Positions 1-9,205 of a stretch of DNA of 64,000 bases are shown piece by piece (position 1 is the stretch's first letter; the number at the start of each line of letters is the position of its first letter). Source of the stretch: Nitrospirales bacterium (lineage in GTDB: Bacteria > Nitrospirota > Nitrospiria > Nitrospirales > UBA8639); assembly GCA_963555755.3 (NCBI GenBank), contig OY820905.2, positions 3,232,001 to 3,296,000 of the forward strand. Direction: 5' to 3'. The notes below the pieces were generated by a model. It made no database searches. It saw only the letters and a program-made list of their open reading frames with translations, and was not told the origin of the DNA. Position numbers and translations under genes: made by a program.

Positions 1-413
1 TGCAGATTAAAGGTCTTAGACAATTCCTCGAATGTCAAAGGATGCATGGTGCGGTATAACGCTCTTCCTCCAAGTAGATTTGCTGCGCCGTGCCGAAGTT
101 TTCGGGCAGAGGAGCCGCATAGAATAAATGTGAGTTTCGGCTTCTGTTCCATCAGTGAGTGGATGACATCAAGAATTTTGGGGACACGCTGTACTTCATC
201 AATAAATATTGTCGAGGATTCTTTGAGTTCTTCGACCTGTTCCCTTAGCAGGTTAGGATTTTTTGTGTACGAGAGTTGGAGCTCAGGATCGAGCAGGTCG
301 ATTGTCAAATTCGCGTTCTCCTTTTTTAAAAGCGTGCTTTTCCCAACCTGGCGTGGGCCAAACAGAAAGAAGCTCTTTTTGGGCAATTGATTCTCCAAAG
401 TTCTTGAATACAT
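1..413 (-). CDS. AAA-family ATP-binding protein (AAA_14/DUF4143 type), runs off the window start
   Basis: Not in the ORF track. Manual translation from ATG at 413 gives MYSRTLENQLPKKSFFLFGPRQVGKSTLL (Walker A), then IFIDEVQRVP (Walker B) and ILCGSS...LLGGRA. Confidence 0.85.
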   Translation of the reverse strand, partial: MYSRTLENQLPKKSFFLFGPRQVGKSTLLKKENANLTIDLLDPELQLSYTKNPNLLREQVEELKESSTIFIDEVQRVPKILDVIHSLMEQKPKLTFILCGSSARKLRHGAANLLGGRALYRTMHPLTFEELSKTFNL

Positions 414-454
414 AATTGTTAATATACCGTGCAAATTAACATGATATCAAGCAA

Positions 455-600
455 AATGAAGGGAAAGGAAAAATGAACAATGGTAAATGAAAAGTGAAAA
501 ATGGAAATAAAAATTTTGGACACCCAATTTTTCATTTATCATTTTTAATTTCCCTCCATCATTTTTCATTTTTCACTTTTCATTATTCATTTATCACTTA
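455..600. repeat. Heptamer array pair: A-rich (aaatgaa/aagtgaa) followed by complementary T-rich (ttttcat/ttttcac)
   Basis: 7-nt periodicity visible directly; the two halves are inverted relative to each other. Confidence 0.9.
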
Positions 601-617
601 GTTCAGGAGGTTTCGTC

Positions 618-1331
618 ATGAAGTCGTTAACGCGTATCGTATTATGTATGTTTGTCCTAGCGGTGGCAGTCGGATGCGCCTCAACCAAGGTCACCAAGCG
701 CGACTCGAAGATCGGCACGGAAAAGATTGCTCGGCCCGATCGTATTTATGTGTATCCCTTTGCGGCCACACCTGCCGACATCCCAACCTGGTCCGTTTCC
801 GCAGGCCGGTATGCTGAAAGCACCACACCACAAACGCCAGAGCAAAGCGAGATGGGTCGAAACCTGGGCGTCCTCGTGGCGAAGGCATTGGTCACGGAAA
901 TTCAGAAGATGGGACTTCCAGGATTAAGGGGTGCCAGCTACACCGTTCCGCGAATCAACAACATTATGATCATAGGGTATTTTGAAGCGGTCGAAGAAGG
1001 CAGTACGGTCAAACGCCTCTCACTTGGTTTCGGTTCCGGGGCCACAGAGTTAACGACAGCCGTGGAGGGCTACCAAATGACCCCTGAGGGCCCGCGCCTT
1101 CTTGGATCGGCCGAGCTCCAATCCGGCGGAGGAAAAACGCCTGGTTTGATTGTTCCTATTGCGGTACTCGCCGCCACCGCTAATCCGATCGGGCTTCTTG
1201 TTATGGGAGCGATGAAAGTGCGTGGTGAGATGACAGGAAGCAGTAAGCTCGAAGGTGCAGCCAAACGAACGGCCGAGGCCATTGCTGATCGGCTACGGGT
1301 ACGATTCAAGGAACAGGGGTGGATTCGGTAA
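618..1331 (+). CDS. Lipoprotein, DUF4410-like
   Basis: Strong RBS AGGAGG, lipobox AVGC, motif RLSLGFGSGA; paralogous to 3439-4184. Confidence 0.75.
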   Translation: MKSLTRIVLCMFVLAVAVGCASTKVTKRDSKIGTEKIARPDRIYVYPFAATPADIPTWSVSAGRYAESTTPQTPEQSEMGRNLGVLVAKALVTEIQKMGLPGLRGASYTVPRINNIMIIGYFEAVEEGSTVKRLSLGFGSGATELTTAVEGYQMTPEGPRLLGSAELQSGGGKTPGLIVPIAVLAATANPIGLLVMGAMKVRGEMTGSSKLEGAAKRTAEAIADRLRVRFKEQGWIR

Positions 1332-1665
1332 ATGAAAAATAATAGGGGAAATTAAAAATGATAAATGATAAATGAACAATTATGGTGGAAAATTTAAAAA
1401 GGAACAATGATAGGGGAAATTAAAAATGATAAATGATAAATGAACAATTATGGTGGAAAATTTAAAAAGGAACAATGATAGGGGAAATTAAAAATGATAA
1501 ATGATAAACGATTGGGGAAATGAAAAGTGAACAATGATAAATGAAAAATTATGGTGGAAAAATGAAAATTTTGGCCCCTAACCTTAATTTTTCATTTTTC
1601 ACTTTTCATTTTTAATTTCCCCTATTCTTTTTCACTTTTCATTTATCATTTTTCATTATTAATTT
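1330..1665. repeat. Heptamer array pair containing a 68-bp tandem repeat (about 2.4 copies, 1342-1508)
   Basis: taggggaaattaaaaatgataaatgataaa recurs at 1343, 1411 and 1479; T-rich complementary array at 1586-1665. Confidence 0.9.
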
Positions 1666-2019
1666 ATGAAGGATAATCCCCTTAAAGATAAGAGTTATAC
1701 ATTTGCAATTCGTGTTGTGAAACTATCTCAATTTTTACAGCAGGATAAAAAAGAGTTTGTGCTGAGCAAGCAAGTGCTTCGCAGTGGTACTGCAATCGGT
1801 GCACTCATTCGGGAGGCGGAGTTTGGGCAGAGTAAGGCGGATTTTGCTAGTAAAATGAGTATTTCATTGAAAGAGGCTAACGAAACGGAATATTGGTTGT
1901 CTTTGTTAAAGAACACAGACCTTATTGGTGAAGAGCAGTTTGTGAGTTTACAGTCTGACTGTAAGGAATTAATCGCGATGTTGGTATCAACGGTAAAAAC
2001 GGTAAAAAATGAAAAATGA
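1666..2019 (+). CDS. Four helix bundle protein (23S rRNA IVS protein / Avd-like family)
   Basis: 117 aa with family motifs LSKQVLRSGTAIGALIREA, SKADF and LKEANETEYWL. Confidence 0.92.
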   Translation: MKDNPLKDKSYTFAIRVVKLSQFLQQDKKEFVLSKQVLRSGTAIGALIREAEFGQSKADFASKMSISLKEANETEYWLSLLKNTDLIGEEQFVSLQSDCKELIAMLVSTVKTVKNEK

Positions 2020-2192
2020 AAAGTGAAAAATGAAAAGTGAACAACTAAAAATGAACAATGAAAAGTGAAAAATGAAAAATGAAGGTTAGGGGCCAAAATT
2101 TTCATTATTCATTTTTAAATTTTCCACCATAATTTTTCATTTATCATTATTCATTTTTCATTTCCCTTATTATTTTTCATTTTTAATTTTCT
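2005..2192. repeat. Heptamer array pair; largely the reverse complement of 1515-1665
   Basis: 2057-2105 is the reverse complement of 1562-1610 with one mismatch, including the non-periodic core aggttaggggccaaaatt. Confidence 0.9.
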
Positions 2193-2195
2193 GCT

Positions 2196-3191
2196 ATGCA
2201 AGACAAAGTCGTCAAATACTCCGTTCTCTTCATCGCCCTGGTACTGGGGGCGCACGTGCTGCAGACGCTGGCGCAGGTGCTTCGGCCTCTGGCTATTGCT
2301 GTACTACTGCTGTTCGTGTTCACACCGCTGGCGCGCTACTCGAAGGAGAAGGGCATCCCGGTGTGGCTCACGTTCTCGGGAGCACTCGTGGCAGTGGTCC
2401 TACTCCTGAGCTTCGCCGGTTCCTTCCTCCACGTAGACGACATCCACCTGCAAGACAAAATTCCGCAGCTCCAGGAGAGGATCCGCAGCGATGGCGACGG
2501 TCTGCTGGCGACCGCGCTTCGGTTGGGGCTCGACCAGAGCTTTACACCGGAGAAGCTGAGCAACCTGGCAACGGCCACTGCCAGTCTAGGACTGGCGGCG
2601 GTTCGCACGCTGATCAGTGAGTCGCTTCTGGCTTTGATTCTGCTGATGTTCCTGGTGCAGTCCCGCGCACTGCTGGTGAGTGCCGTGGAGCGCAAATACG
2701 GTGCGACCGGTGTGGAAAATCTCGAGGCGATCGTGCGCAAAATCGAGGGGGATGTGGTCGCCTATCTCGGGACCAAAACCGCCATCAGCTTCGGGACGGC
2801 AGTGGTAAGCGGCGGCGTCCTTTTCCTGTTCAGCGCCAAGGCCATCGTTATCACCTCCCTGCTGATCTTCCTCCTGAATTATATTCCGATCATCGGTTCG
2901 CTGATCGCCGTCCTTATCGCCTTCGTGGTCTATGTCGTGAGCTTCGGCCTGACGGCGACGGCGGGTTGGATGCTGCTGGCGATGATGGCTGTCCAGATCC
3001 TGTTTGGCAGCATCCTGGAGCCGAAAATCGCGGGAAAGCAGCTGAATATGTCGCCGATCCTCATCGTCATCAGCCTTTATGTCTGGGGATGGATCTGGGG
3101 CATCACCGGCATGCTGCTATCGGTGCCGCTGACTATCTTCATCCTTGTCGCCGTCAAGCACGTCGCTGGCACGGAGAAAAATGAAAAGTGA
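2196..3191 (+). CDS. AI-2E family transporter
   Basis: Multi-TM protein with LLNYIPIIGS, ILEPKIAGKQLNMSP and WGWIWGITGMLLSVPLT motifs; visibly more GC-rich than its flanks. Confidence 0.9.
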   Translation: MQDKVVKYSVLFIALVLGAHVLQTLAQVLRPLAIAVLLLFVFTPLARYSKEKGIPVWLTFSGALVAVVLLLSFAGSFLHVDDIHLQDKIPQLQERIRSDGDGLLATALRLGLDQSFTPEKLSNLATATASLGLAAVRTLISESLLALILLMFLVQSRALLVSAVERKYGATGVENLEAIVRKIEGDVVAYLGTKTAISFGTAVVSGGVLFLFSAKAIVITSLLIFLLNYIPIIGSLIAVLIAFVVYVVSFGLTATAGWMLLAMMAVQILFGSILEPKIAGKQLNMSPILIVISLYVWGWIWGITGMLLSVPLTIFILVAVKHVAGTEKNEK

Positions 3192-3380
3192 ACAACGAAA
3201 AATGAAAAGTGAACAACGAAAAATGAAAAGTGAACAATGAAAAATGAAAAGTGAACAATGAAAAATGAAAAGTGAACAGTGAACAACTAAAATTGAAAAG
3301 TGAACAGCGAACAATGAATAGTGAAAAATTAACCATGCGGATATCACAACAATGAAAACCTATTTTTCATTTATCATTGT
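3177..3380. repeat. Heptamer array with 21-bp higher-order unit (aaaaatgaaaagtgaacaaYg)
   Basis: At least four near-identical 21-mers from 3177; short complementary T-rich piece at 3363-3378. Confidence 0.9.
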
Positions 3381-3438
3381 GGCGGGCTCTAATCAATAAG
3401 TCACCAGTTTCATTGGGCCAGAAAATTGGGGGAGACTA

Positions 3439-4184
3439 TTGATGGTGCATCGAAGTTCATTGAAGGTTCCAAGTCGTTTCTTGAAATATTGTGTTCTGGG
3501 TCTGAGTGCCACCATTCTCTTTGGATGCGCGAAAGCATTGGTTGTGCCGATCAATCCTGCCAGTGAGGGCTTGCCAAAACCCGACCATATTGTGGTCTAC
3601 GATTTTGTGGTCACGTCTGGAGATGTACAGCTCGATGTTGGTGTTGGAACCAAAATGCTTCGCGATGCGAAAGGCACCTCTCAGACTGCAGAGGAAATCC
3701 GTGTCGGCCGTGCGGTGGCCGAGGCGCTTTCCAAAAAATGGTTGAGGAACTTCGGGGAAAGGGCATTACGGCCTATCGAGCGCGTTTTACTCCCCCTGCC
3801 TCTTCAACCACAGCATCAATTAAAGGGCAATTCAGGCAAATCGATCAGGGAAACCGAACCCTTCGGACTATGGTGGGTTTCGGGTTTGGAGGGAGTAAGC
3901 TGGGGACAAGCATCCAGTTCTATCAGGGAAAGGGACGGGAGGCGAAATTGGTCGGAGAAGCGGAAACCATGACTGAAAGCAGTTTAAAGCCCGGCATTGG
4001 CGTTCTCTTTCCAGTTGGTGCTGCGGCTGGGACTGTGGCGACGGCTGCTGCGGTCAGTGGTACGACCACTGTCGCCATGGAGAAATTTTTCGCGACCGTT
4101 GAAGCAGATGCCAAACGTACTGCCGAGGCTATTGCAAAAAGAATTATCAACTATTACGAGCGTCATGGGTGGCACAGGCGGTAA
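3439..4184 (+). pseudogene. DUF4410-like lipoprotein, frameshifted at A6 run 3733-3738
   Basis: The 5' part of ORF 3439 (lipobox LFGC) and ORF 3738-4184 together align with the paralog at 618-1331. May be a sequencing indel. Confidence 0.75.
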
Positions 4185-4312
4185 GCTGATGTCGGCATCA
4201 TGGCAGCTGACAACATCATATACGATTGAGGAGGTCTGATGCAGACTGCTCTTTCATGCAGGGAAGCAGTGTTAATTTGTAAAGGGCTACTCCTAAATTA
4301 AAAAGAGGCCAT

Positions 4313-5140
4313 ATGAGACATTTTTCTCCAATCATCATCTTTCTTTTTTCTTTTGGCTTCATGCAGAGTGGAATGGCCGAGGTTGGTGACCATAATGTCC
4401 AAGAAGGAAAGGGCCTATCCTCGGAGAAAAATCAGGAGGTTGATCTCAGTCATTGGGGATATCGTGGAGTGGAGGGTCCGGACCATTGGGCCATGTTGAA
4501 TCCTTCCTACAATGTTTGCGAAACAGGGAGGCAACAATCTCCCATTAACATTGTGATGCCTCGGCATGGGCACGACCAAGAAGAACTTGTGTTCCACTAC
4601 CAACCTACGCCCCTTTCCATTCGGAATAATGGTCACACTATTCATGTGAATTACCAGGGTGGTAGCTATCTGAGCTTGAATGGTCGGACTTATAAATTAC
4701 GACAATTTCATTTTCATGATCCGAGTGAACACCATATTGATGGGAAGATCTATCCAATGGAAATGCATCTGGTGCATCAGGACGAGAGAGGTCATCTCCT
4801 CGTTGTTGGAGTCCTCCTAGAGTTTGGCAAGGAAAATCGGGTTTTTTCTCGAGTGGGAGATTGGATACAACAGCATACAGGGTCTCGACTTCCCTCTACA
4901 GGGCAGGAAGTGTCCACGGATTTAACATTTAATATTATGGATATTCTGCCACAGGATACGCACCATTTCTCCTACCATGGCTCTTTGACCACTCCACCCT
5001 GCTCTGAAGGTGTCCAATGGATCGTCCTGAAGACTCCCATCGAAATATCGAAAGTTCAAGCGGATCGTTTTGCCACGACTGTTGGTCCTAATGCCCGGCC
5101 GGTACAATCGCTTGAACACCGGGATGTTCAGGAAAATTAA
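4313..5140 (+). CDS. Alpha-class carbonic anhydrase, secreted
   Basis: Signal peptide; QSPINI, QFHFH..SEH, EMHLVH zinc ligands; YHGSLTTPPCSEGVQW. Confidence 0.95.
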   Translation: MRHFSPIIIFLFSFGFMQSGMAEVGDHNVQEGKGLSSEKNQEVDLSHWGYRGVEGPDHWAMLNPSYNVCETGRQQSPINIVMPRHGHDQEELVFHYQPTPLSIRNNGHTIHVNYQGGSYLSLNGRTYKLRQFHFHDPSEHHIDGKIYPMEMHLVHQDERGHLLVVGVLLEFGKENRVFSRVGDWIQQHTGSRLPSTGQEVSTDLTFNIMDILPQDTHHFSYHGSLTTPPCSEGVQWIVLKTPIEISKVQADRFATTVGPNARPVQSLEHRDVQEN

Positions 5141-5232
5141 TGCTGTTCACACCCAAAGAAATGCCAATTTCCCATTCAATACGGCTTTAAGCTACGCACC
5201 ATAATATCAATCGAACATAAGGAGTTTTTACA

Positions 5233-5715
5233 ATGAAATCGTTTTCCCAATTTTTGGTTTTCCTTGTCGCAATCAGCATGTTTCTCGTCTCGCCAGTTAT
5301 GGCTCAAAATGCTGGGAATGCCAACATGGAAATTTTGGCGGAAAAGGTTAAAGCTGATAAAAAGCTCGTTGTCGCCATGAATTTGAATCTGAGTGATGCA
5401 GAGGCCGAAGCTTTTTGGCCCGTGTATAATTCCTATCAAGTCGATCTTGAAAAAGTGTACCAGCGCCTTGGTCAGCTTGTTTCCGATTATGCTGATGCCT
5501 ACAACAGTGGTTCCATTTCCAATGACACTGCGGGGAAACTTATCAAGGAGTGGCTCCATGCGGAAGCTGAGGAATTGAAACTCCGGGTTGCGAATGTGAA
5601 AAAATTGGCGAAAGTGTTGCCCGCCAAAAAAGTGGCACGTTATCTTCAGATTGAAAACAAAATTCGGGCGTTGATCCGATTCGGCTTGGCGGCTGAGGTA
5701 CCATTGGTTTATTAA
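5233..5715 (+). CDS. Secreted helical hypothetical protein
   Basis: RBS AAGGAG, signal peptide ending VMA-Q, motif LSDAEAEAFWPVY. Confidence 0.8.
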   Translation: MKSFSQFLVFLVAISMFLVSPVMAQNAGNANMEILAEKVKADKKLVVAMNLNLSDAEAEAFWPVYNSYQVDLEKVYQRLGQLVSDYADAYNSGSISNDTAGKLIKEWLHAEAEELKLRVANVKKLAKVLPAKKVARYLQIENKIRALIRFGLAAEVPLVY

Positions 5716-5744
5716 AGAATCGTGATTCAGAAAGAGGAATACCC

Positions 5745-6029
5745 GTGAACAGTAGAAATCTTCTTTTGTTATCCTGCATCCTTGGCCTCTATTTAGTTGG
5801 CTGTGCTTCTGCACCGCCGCTGTGGGTGAAACCCGGTGCGACGGAGGCAGACTTAGGGGCGGCGATGAATGAGTGTGATCAGCGGCATATTGCATCCCGG
5901 CTTGGTATTCGCGATCCTTTTATTCGTGAAGACCCGGTGTTTAACCCGGTGCGGCGCTATGGTGGAGGGGCTTCGGCCCTGGCCCGAGACCTGTGTCTTG
6001 AGAAACAAGGTTGGATATATCAGGAATAA
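5745..6029 (+). CDS. Small lipoprotein
   Basis: Lipobox LVGC, WVKPGAT motif, paired Cys; RBS GAGGA. Confidence 0.7.
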   Translation: MNSRNLLLLSCILGLYLVGCASAPPLWVKPGATEADLGAAMNECDQRHIASRLGIRDPFIREDPVFNPVRRYGGGASALARDLCLEKQGWIYQE

Positions 6030-6405
6030 TTGGGGTTGTATGGTATGTCATCTGCATCATTTAAAATCAGGAAACCAAAGAAGGAGTCTTCTTTTCAGCC
6101 CATTTTTTTATCCTTCCATCGGTTTCGTGAGTTTAAAACATGCTACGTCAATTTTTTCTTTCCATTTTTGTCTTAATGTTAATCTCTTGTGCCAGCACCA
6201 AGTTATCTGTGTGTCTGTCTTGAGCTACCGATGAGAACAGTCCATGGGGTCACCGTTCTGCCCTAACGAAAATTTCTGAATGAACTGTGGGGTGGGACTT
6301 ATTCCTAGGAGGAAATCGGAAGATTGAGAAAAAAGCATTGAAGTAAACAATAACCCAGGGTAGAGTACGCAAGGTTTTTTCCCTAAGAGAAAAGTAAGGA
6401 GTGTT

Positions 6406-6912
6406 TTGCTGGTCATCTTTTTCATTATTCTACTGACAGGGTGTACCGCGGCTGGTGATCGACTGTCTGGATCAGCCTTACATCGAGACCCCGGCATTGC
6501 CTATCCCACCAGCCTTGACCATATTCACATTGGGGTCACAACCGAAGACGATGTTCGGAACCTCTTTGGTAACCCGACGGACATCCAACTATCGTCTGAC
6601 CATACCCAGGCCCGTGAGTCCTGGGCCTATGCTAAAGCGAACCCTTCAATTCACCCATTGCAGTATGTCCCGGGATTTGGTGCACTTTCTCTTTCCAAGC
6701 AACAGCACCAATCATCCTTCTCTATTAGCTTTTCTCCTGATGGAATCGTCGATGGGATTGCACTCAGGGATGTTCAACCTTTAGGGGAGGCAGGGGCATC
6801 ACTGTCTACCCTCGGAACCACATCCCATGTTCTTCCCTACGGAATAAATAATCCCTTAACCCATCACGCAAGGCAGGATGCCTCTGTTGGTTCTGAAATC
6901 TCCGGAGAGTAA
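6406..6912 (+). CDS. BamE/SmpA-like lipoprotein (start uncertain)
   Basis: Lipobox LTGC; IHIGVTTEDDVRNLFGNP..ESWAY motif. Confidence 0.65.
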   Translation: MLVIFFIILLTGCTAAGDRLSGSALHRDPGIAYPTSLDHIHIGVTTEDDVRNLFGNPTDIQLSSDHTQARESWAYAKANPSIHPLQYVPGFGALSLSKQQHQSSFSISFSPDGIVDGIALRDVQPLGEAGASLSTLGTTSHVLPYGINNPLTHHARQDASVGSEISGE

Positions 6913-6944
6913 CTTCTTTATGCACACAGGAGGGGTGTTTCACA

Positions 6945-7096
6945 ATGGACGATCCCACACAATCAGATCAGCATGAGCCCAAGATGGATTTTACATCCCG
7001 GTTGGATCGCGACGCTCTTTCTTTCAATGGGTAACAGGTGGCATTGCGGGAGTGATTGGTCTGGGGCTCGCTGTGCCGTTGGCTGCCTACTTTATC
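6945..7096 (+). pseudogene. Truncated N-terminus of a Tat-exported protein, probably a Rieske subunit of a cytochrome bc complex
   Basis: RBS plus ATG at 6945. After a 1-nt shift near 6978-6980 the frame reads PVGSRRSFFQWVTGGIAGVIGLGLAVPLAAYFI, then runs into a palindrome. Confidence 0.55.
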
Positions 7097-7163
7097 GGGG
7101 CTTCCTCAAATCGAGTGGGTCGATACTATCGACCCACTCGATTTGAGGAAGCCCCTTTTTTTT
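7097..7163 (+). terminator. 59-bp perfect palindrome followed by T8 (terminator-like)
   Basis: Arms 7097-7125 and 7127-7155 are exactly complementary; T tract at 7156-7163. Confidence 0.7.
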
Positions 7164-7184
7164 AACAAGGTGACCGTGCACGAG

Positions 7185-7544
7185 ATGGCGATCAACTGGA
7201 AAAAGATTGGTCTGGTAATATTCGCGATCGTCATCGCGGCGTTTTTTATTGCAGCAGGACTTTCAAAGGTCATGCAGCCAGAAGACCATACGGAGAGTTT
7301 TGTTCGATGGGGGTACCCTGCGTGGTTTGTCTATTTCACCGGAGTGGTAGAACTCTGTGGAGCGGGGCTTTTGCTCGTACCCCGAGTGAGGTTGTATGGC
7401 GTGATGTTGTTAGGGGTGACGATGATTGCTGCAGCCTTGACCCATTTCCAGGCGGATGAAATGGCGGCTGTCCCGGTTCCGTTGGTTCTCTTAGTCCTTG
7501 TGGGCGCTCTCGGATTTTTTCATTGGAAGAGATCGGGCCAATAA
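7185..7544 (+). CDS. DoxX family membrane protein
   Basis: FFIAAGLSK, FVRWGYP, GVVELCGAGLLL, AALTH motifs. Confidence 0.88.
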   Translation: MAINWKKIGLVIFAIVIAAFFIAAGLSKVMQPEDHTESFVRWGYPAWFVYFTGVVELCGAGLLLVPRVRLYGVMLLGVTMIAAALTHFQADEMAAVPVPLVLLVLVGALGFFHWKRSGQ

Positions 7545-7985
7545 ACGTAGAGAAGCCGTTTGCGAGGTCATCTTAGGCAAAGAAGCAATAAGGTCATCGC
7601 TTAGGGGATTCCCACCTGAAGTCGGTTGCCAGTCAATCCGACCTGCCATTGTGAGTATTCGACCGTTGAGGGTTGTCTGAAGGCCGGAATGTACCAAGAG
7701 AGGTTTCCAAAAAATTCCGTGTACTGAGATGGGTTGAAGGCTGAACGTTCCCGCCTGTATCTTGGGCGGAACTGCTGAGTGATATGTGTTGATGAGCAAA
7801 TCCGGCTCAATCAAATTTCCAACCTGATACAACTCCAATCCTGATTCCGTTGACAGCACAAATAATTCTTGCGCTGATGCCGAAACTGGCGAAGCGAGTA
7901 ACAGGCCGAAGGTGGCAGCCAATGTCCAGGCAATGGACACGACCGAGTTTTTACGTCTGGGGGTTTTTAAAGGTATTGGATTCAT
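7491..7985 (-). CDS. Secreted hypothetical protein (3' end overlaps DoxX)
   Basis: RBS GAGGA; signal peptide ending ASA-Q. Confidence 0.55.
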   Translation of the reverse strand: MNPIPLKTPRRKNSVVSIAWTLAATFGLLLASPVSASAQELFVLSTESGLELYQVGNLIEPDLLINTYHSAVPPKIQAGTFSLQPISVHGIFWKPLLVHSGLQTTLNGRILTMAGRIDWQPTSGGNPLSDDLIASLPKMTSQTASLRLLARSLPMKKSESAHKD

Positions 7986-8217
7986 GATCTGTTTTCCTCA
8001 TCACGTTGTTTGGCCGGGTCTTGAGATTTCCCAGATTCAGCCAAAAGTTTGTTTGCCTTTTCTAATGCCTCTTTGGCTTTTTTACACAGTTCACGAGCGT
8101 GTAAATTCAGAAGACAGGTTGCGGTATCTGCTTTTCTCTCTTTTTCCTCTTCGCTCATGAACTACCTTTCCTTGGGTTTTGGCCATCTCAACTACACCTG
8201 CCTCGGTTCAACTAATG

Positions 8218-8556
8218 TTAGAAGGAGAAAAGGGTAAAACTCTCTTTCCCCGTAGGGCCAGGCAGTGGCGCCCAAGAACCCACTTGGGAATATTCTGAAT
8301 CAAAGGTGATCCCTTGGACTGGTCTTGGCGTTTGGCCCTCACTCATGATGGGTGTGTTTTTCAATAAGGGTGTTTGAGTTGCCAGCCAATCATTTGGTTG
8401 CACGACTTTCTTATTCATCTCTTGGGAAAGTTGGTCAGTTTAAAAAATCCCTTGGCCGAGTAGAACCCTCCATTCTTGAGCCAAAACCGTAGAGGTATTT
8501 ATCAACACTGTCGCGGTGATCAAGGTGGCGATGAAGAATGCAGTGGTGTGTTTCAT
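8218..8556 (-). pseudogene. Secreted hypothetical protein with one in-frame TAA (8440-8442)
   Basis: RBS AAGGAG; MKHTTAFFIATLITATVLINTSTVLA-Q signal peptide is in the same frame as ORF 8218-8418. Confidence 0.6.
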
Positions 8557-8606
8557 GGCGTTGCTCCTTGGGTTGTGGTTCTAATCACGTTTCATTTATT
8601 TAATAA

Positions 8607-8623
8607 AGCAAGCCATGTGCCAA
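8607..8623 (-). promoter_or_regulatory. sigma54 -24/-12 promoter
   Basis: TTGGCACATGGCTTGCT matches TGGCAC-N5-TTGC, about 50 bp upstream of ATG 8556. Confidence 0.8.
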
Positions 8624-8721
8624 AATGAAAAAATAATGAATTTTTTTTCTTTTCTATTTAAAAACAATAAGTTAGGAAAATTAACCAACAAAGGGTTCTA
8701 TGAAAAAATCTTAGTGGCCGC

Positions 8722-8752
8722 CGTGATACTTCGTGGCCTGCGACATGTCGTG
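8722..8752 (-). promoter_or_regulatory. Candidate upstream activator sequence
   Basis: CACGACATGTCGCAGGCCACGAAGTATCACG resembles 20011-20040 and lies at nearly the same distance from a sigma54 site. Confidence 0.55.
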
Positions 8753-9015
8753 ACACATCTTCAAAAATCCTAAAAACGGCAGTTACATGACCATTGGCCC
8801 ATTAATGCTTCGACCCTTCGGCGAGCTCAGGACTCAGCACGAACGGGGTTCCCCGGCAATCACCCGTTGGGTGAGAGTCAGCTCGCCCTGCGCGCCGCGG
8901 CTTCCGCAGCAGTCGAAGGAATCCGAGAGTTCCCACTGGCCTTTTTAAGATAATTCGGTTGTAGCAGCAGCATCTCACTCGCCTGCGCACTTGCGCGTTG
9001 TAGCGGCTACAGCGT

Positions 9016-9205
9016 GGGGCTGTTGAATAATTCACGTCAATAGCCAATACACGCTCCAGATGAGCCCCACATCGTCAGTGGGAGGGAATGTTCAAAAAAG
9101 TCCGTCCAGCAAGGCCGCAGCCCTTTTGACGCGCGGAGCGTACTCATAGTACGTGAGCACGGCAAAAGGGCGAGAACGCCGCTGGCGGCTTTTTTCAACA
9201 TTCCC
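9016..9205. mobile_element. MITE family A
   Basis: Ends GGGGCTGTTGAA / TTCAACATTCCC; 5-bp direct repeat AGCGT at 9011-9015 and 9206-9210; multicopy core CAGCAAGGCCGCAG...GTACGTGAGCAC. Confidence 0.85.

Noticed and set aside
1666..2019. Diversity-generating retroelement or true 23S rRNA IVS
   Set aside because: No reverse transcriptase, no TR/VR pair and no rRNA sequence in the window.
3077..3347. Phe/His/Ser-rich ORFs (also 1728-2105)
   Set aside because: They are translations of the T-rich strand of the heptamer arrays.
1330..3380. CRISPR array
   Set aside because: Repeats are tandem and low-complexity, with no unique spacers and no cas genes.
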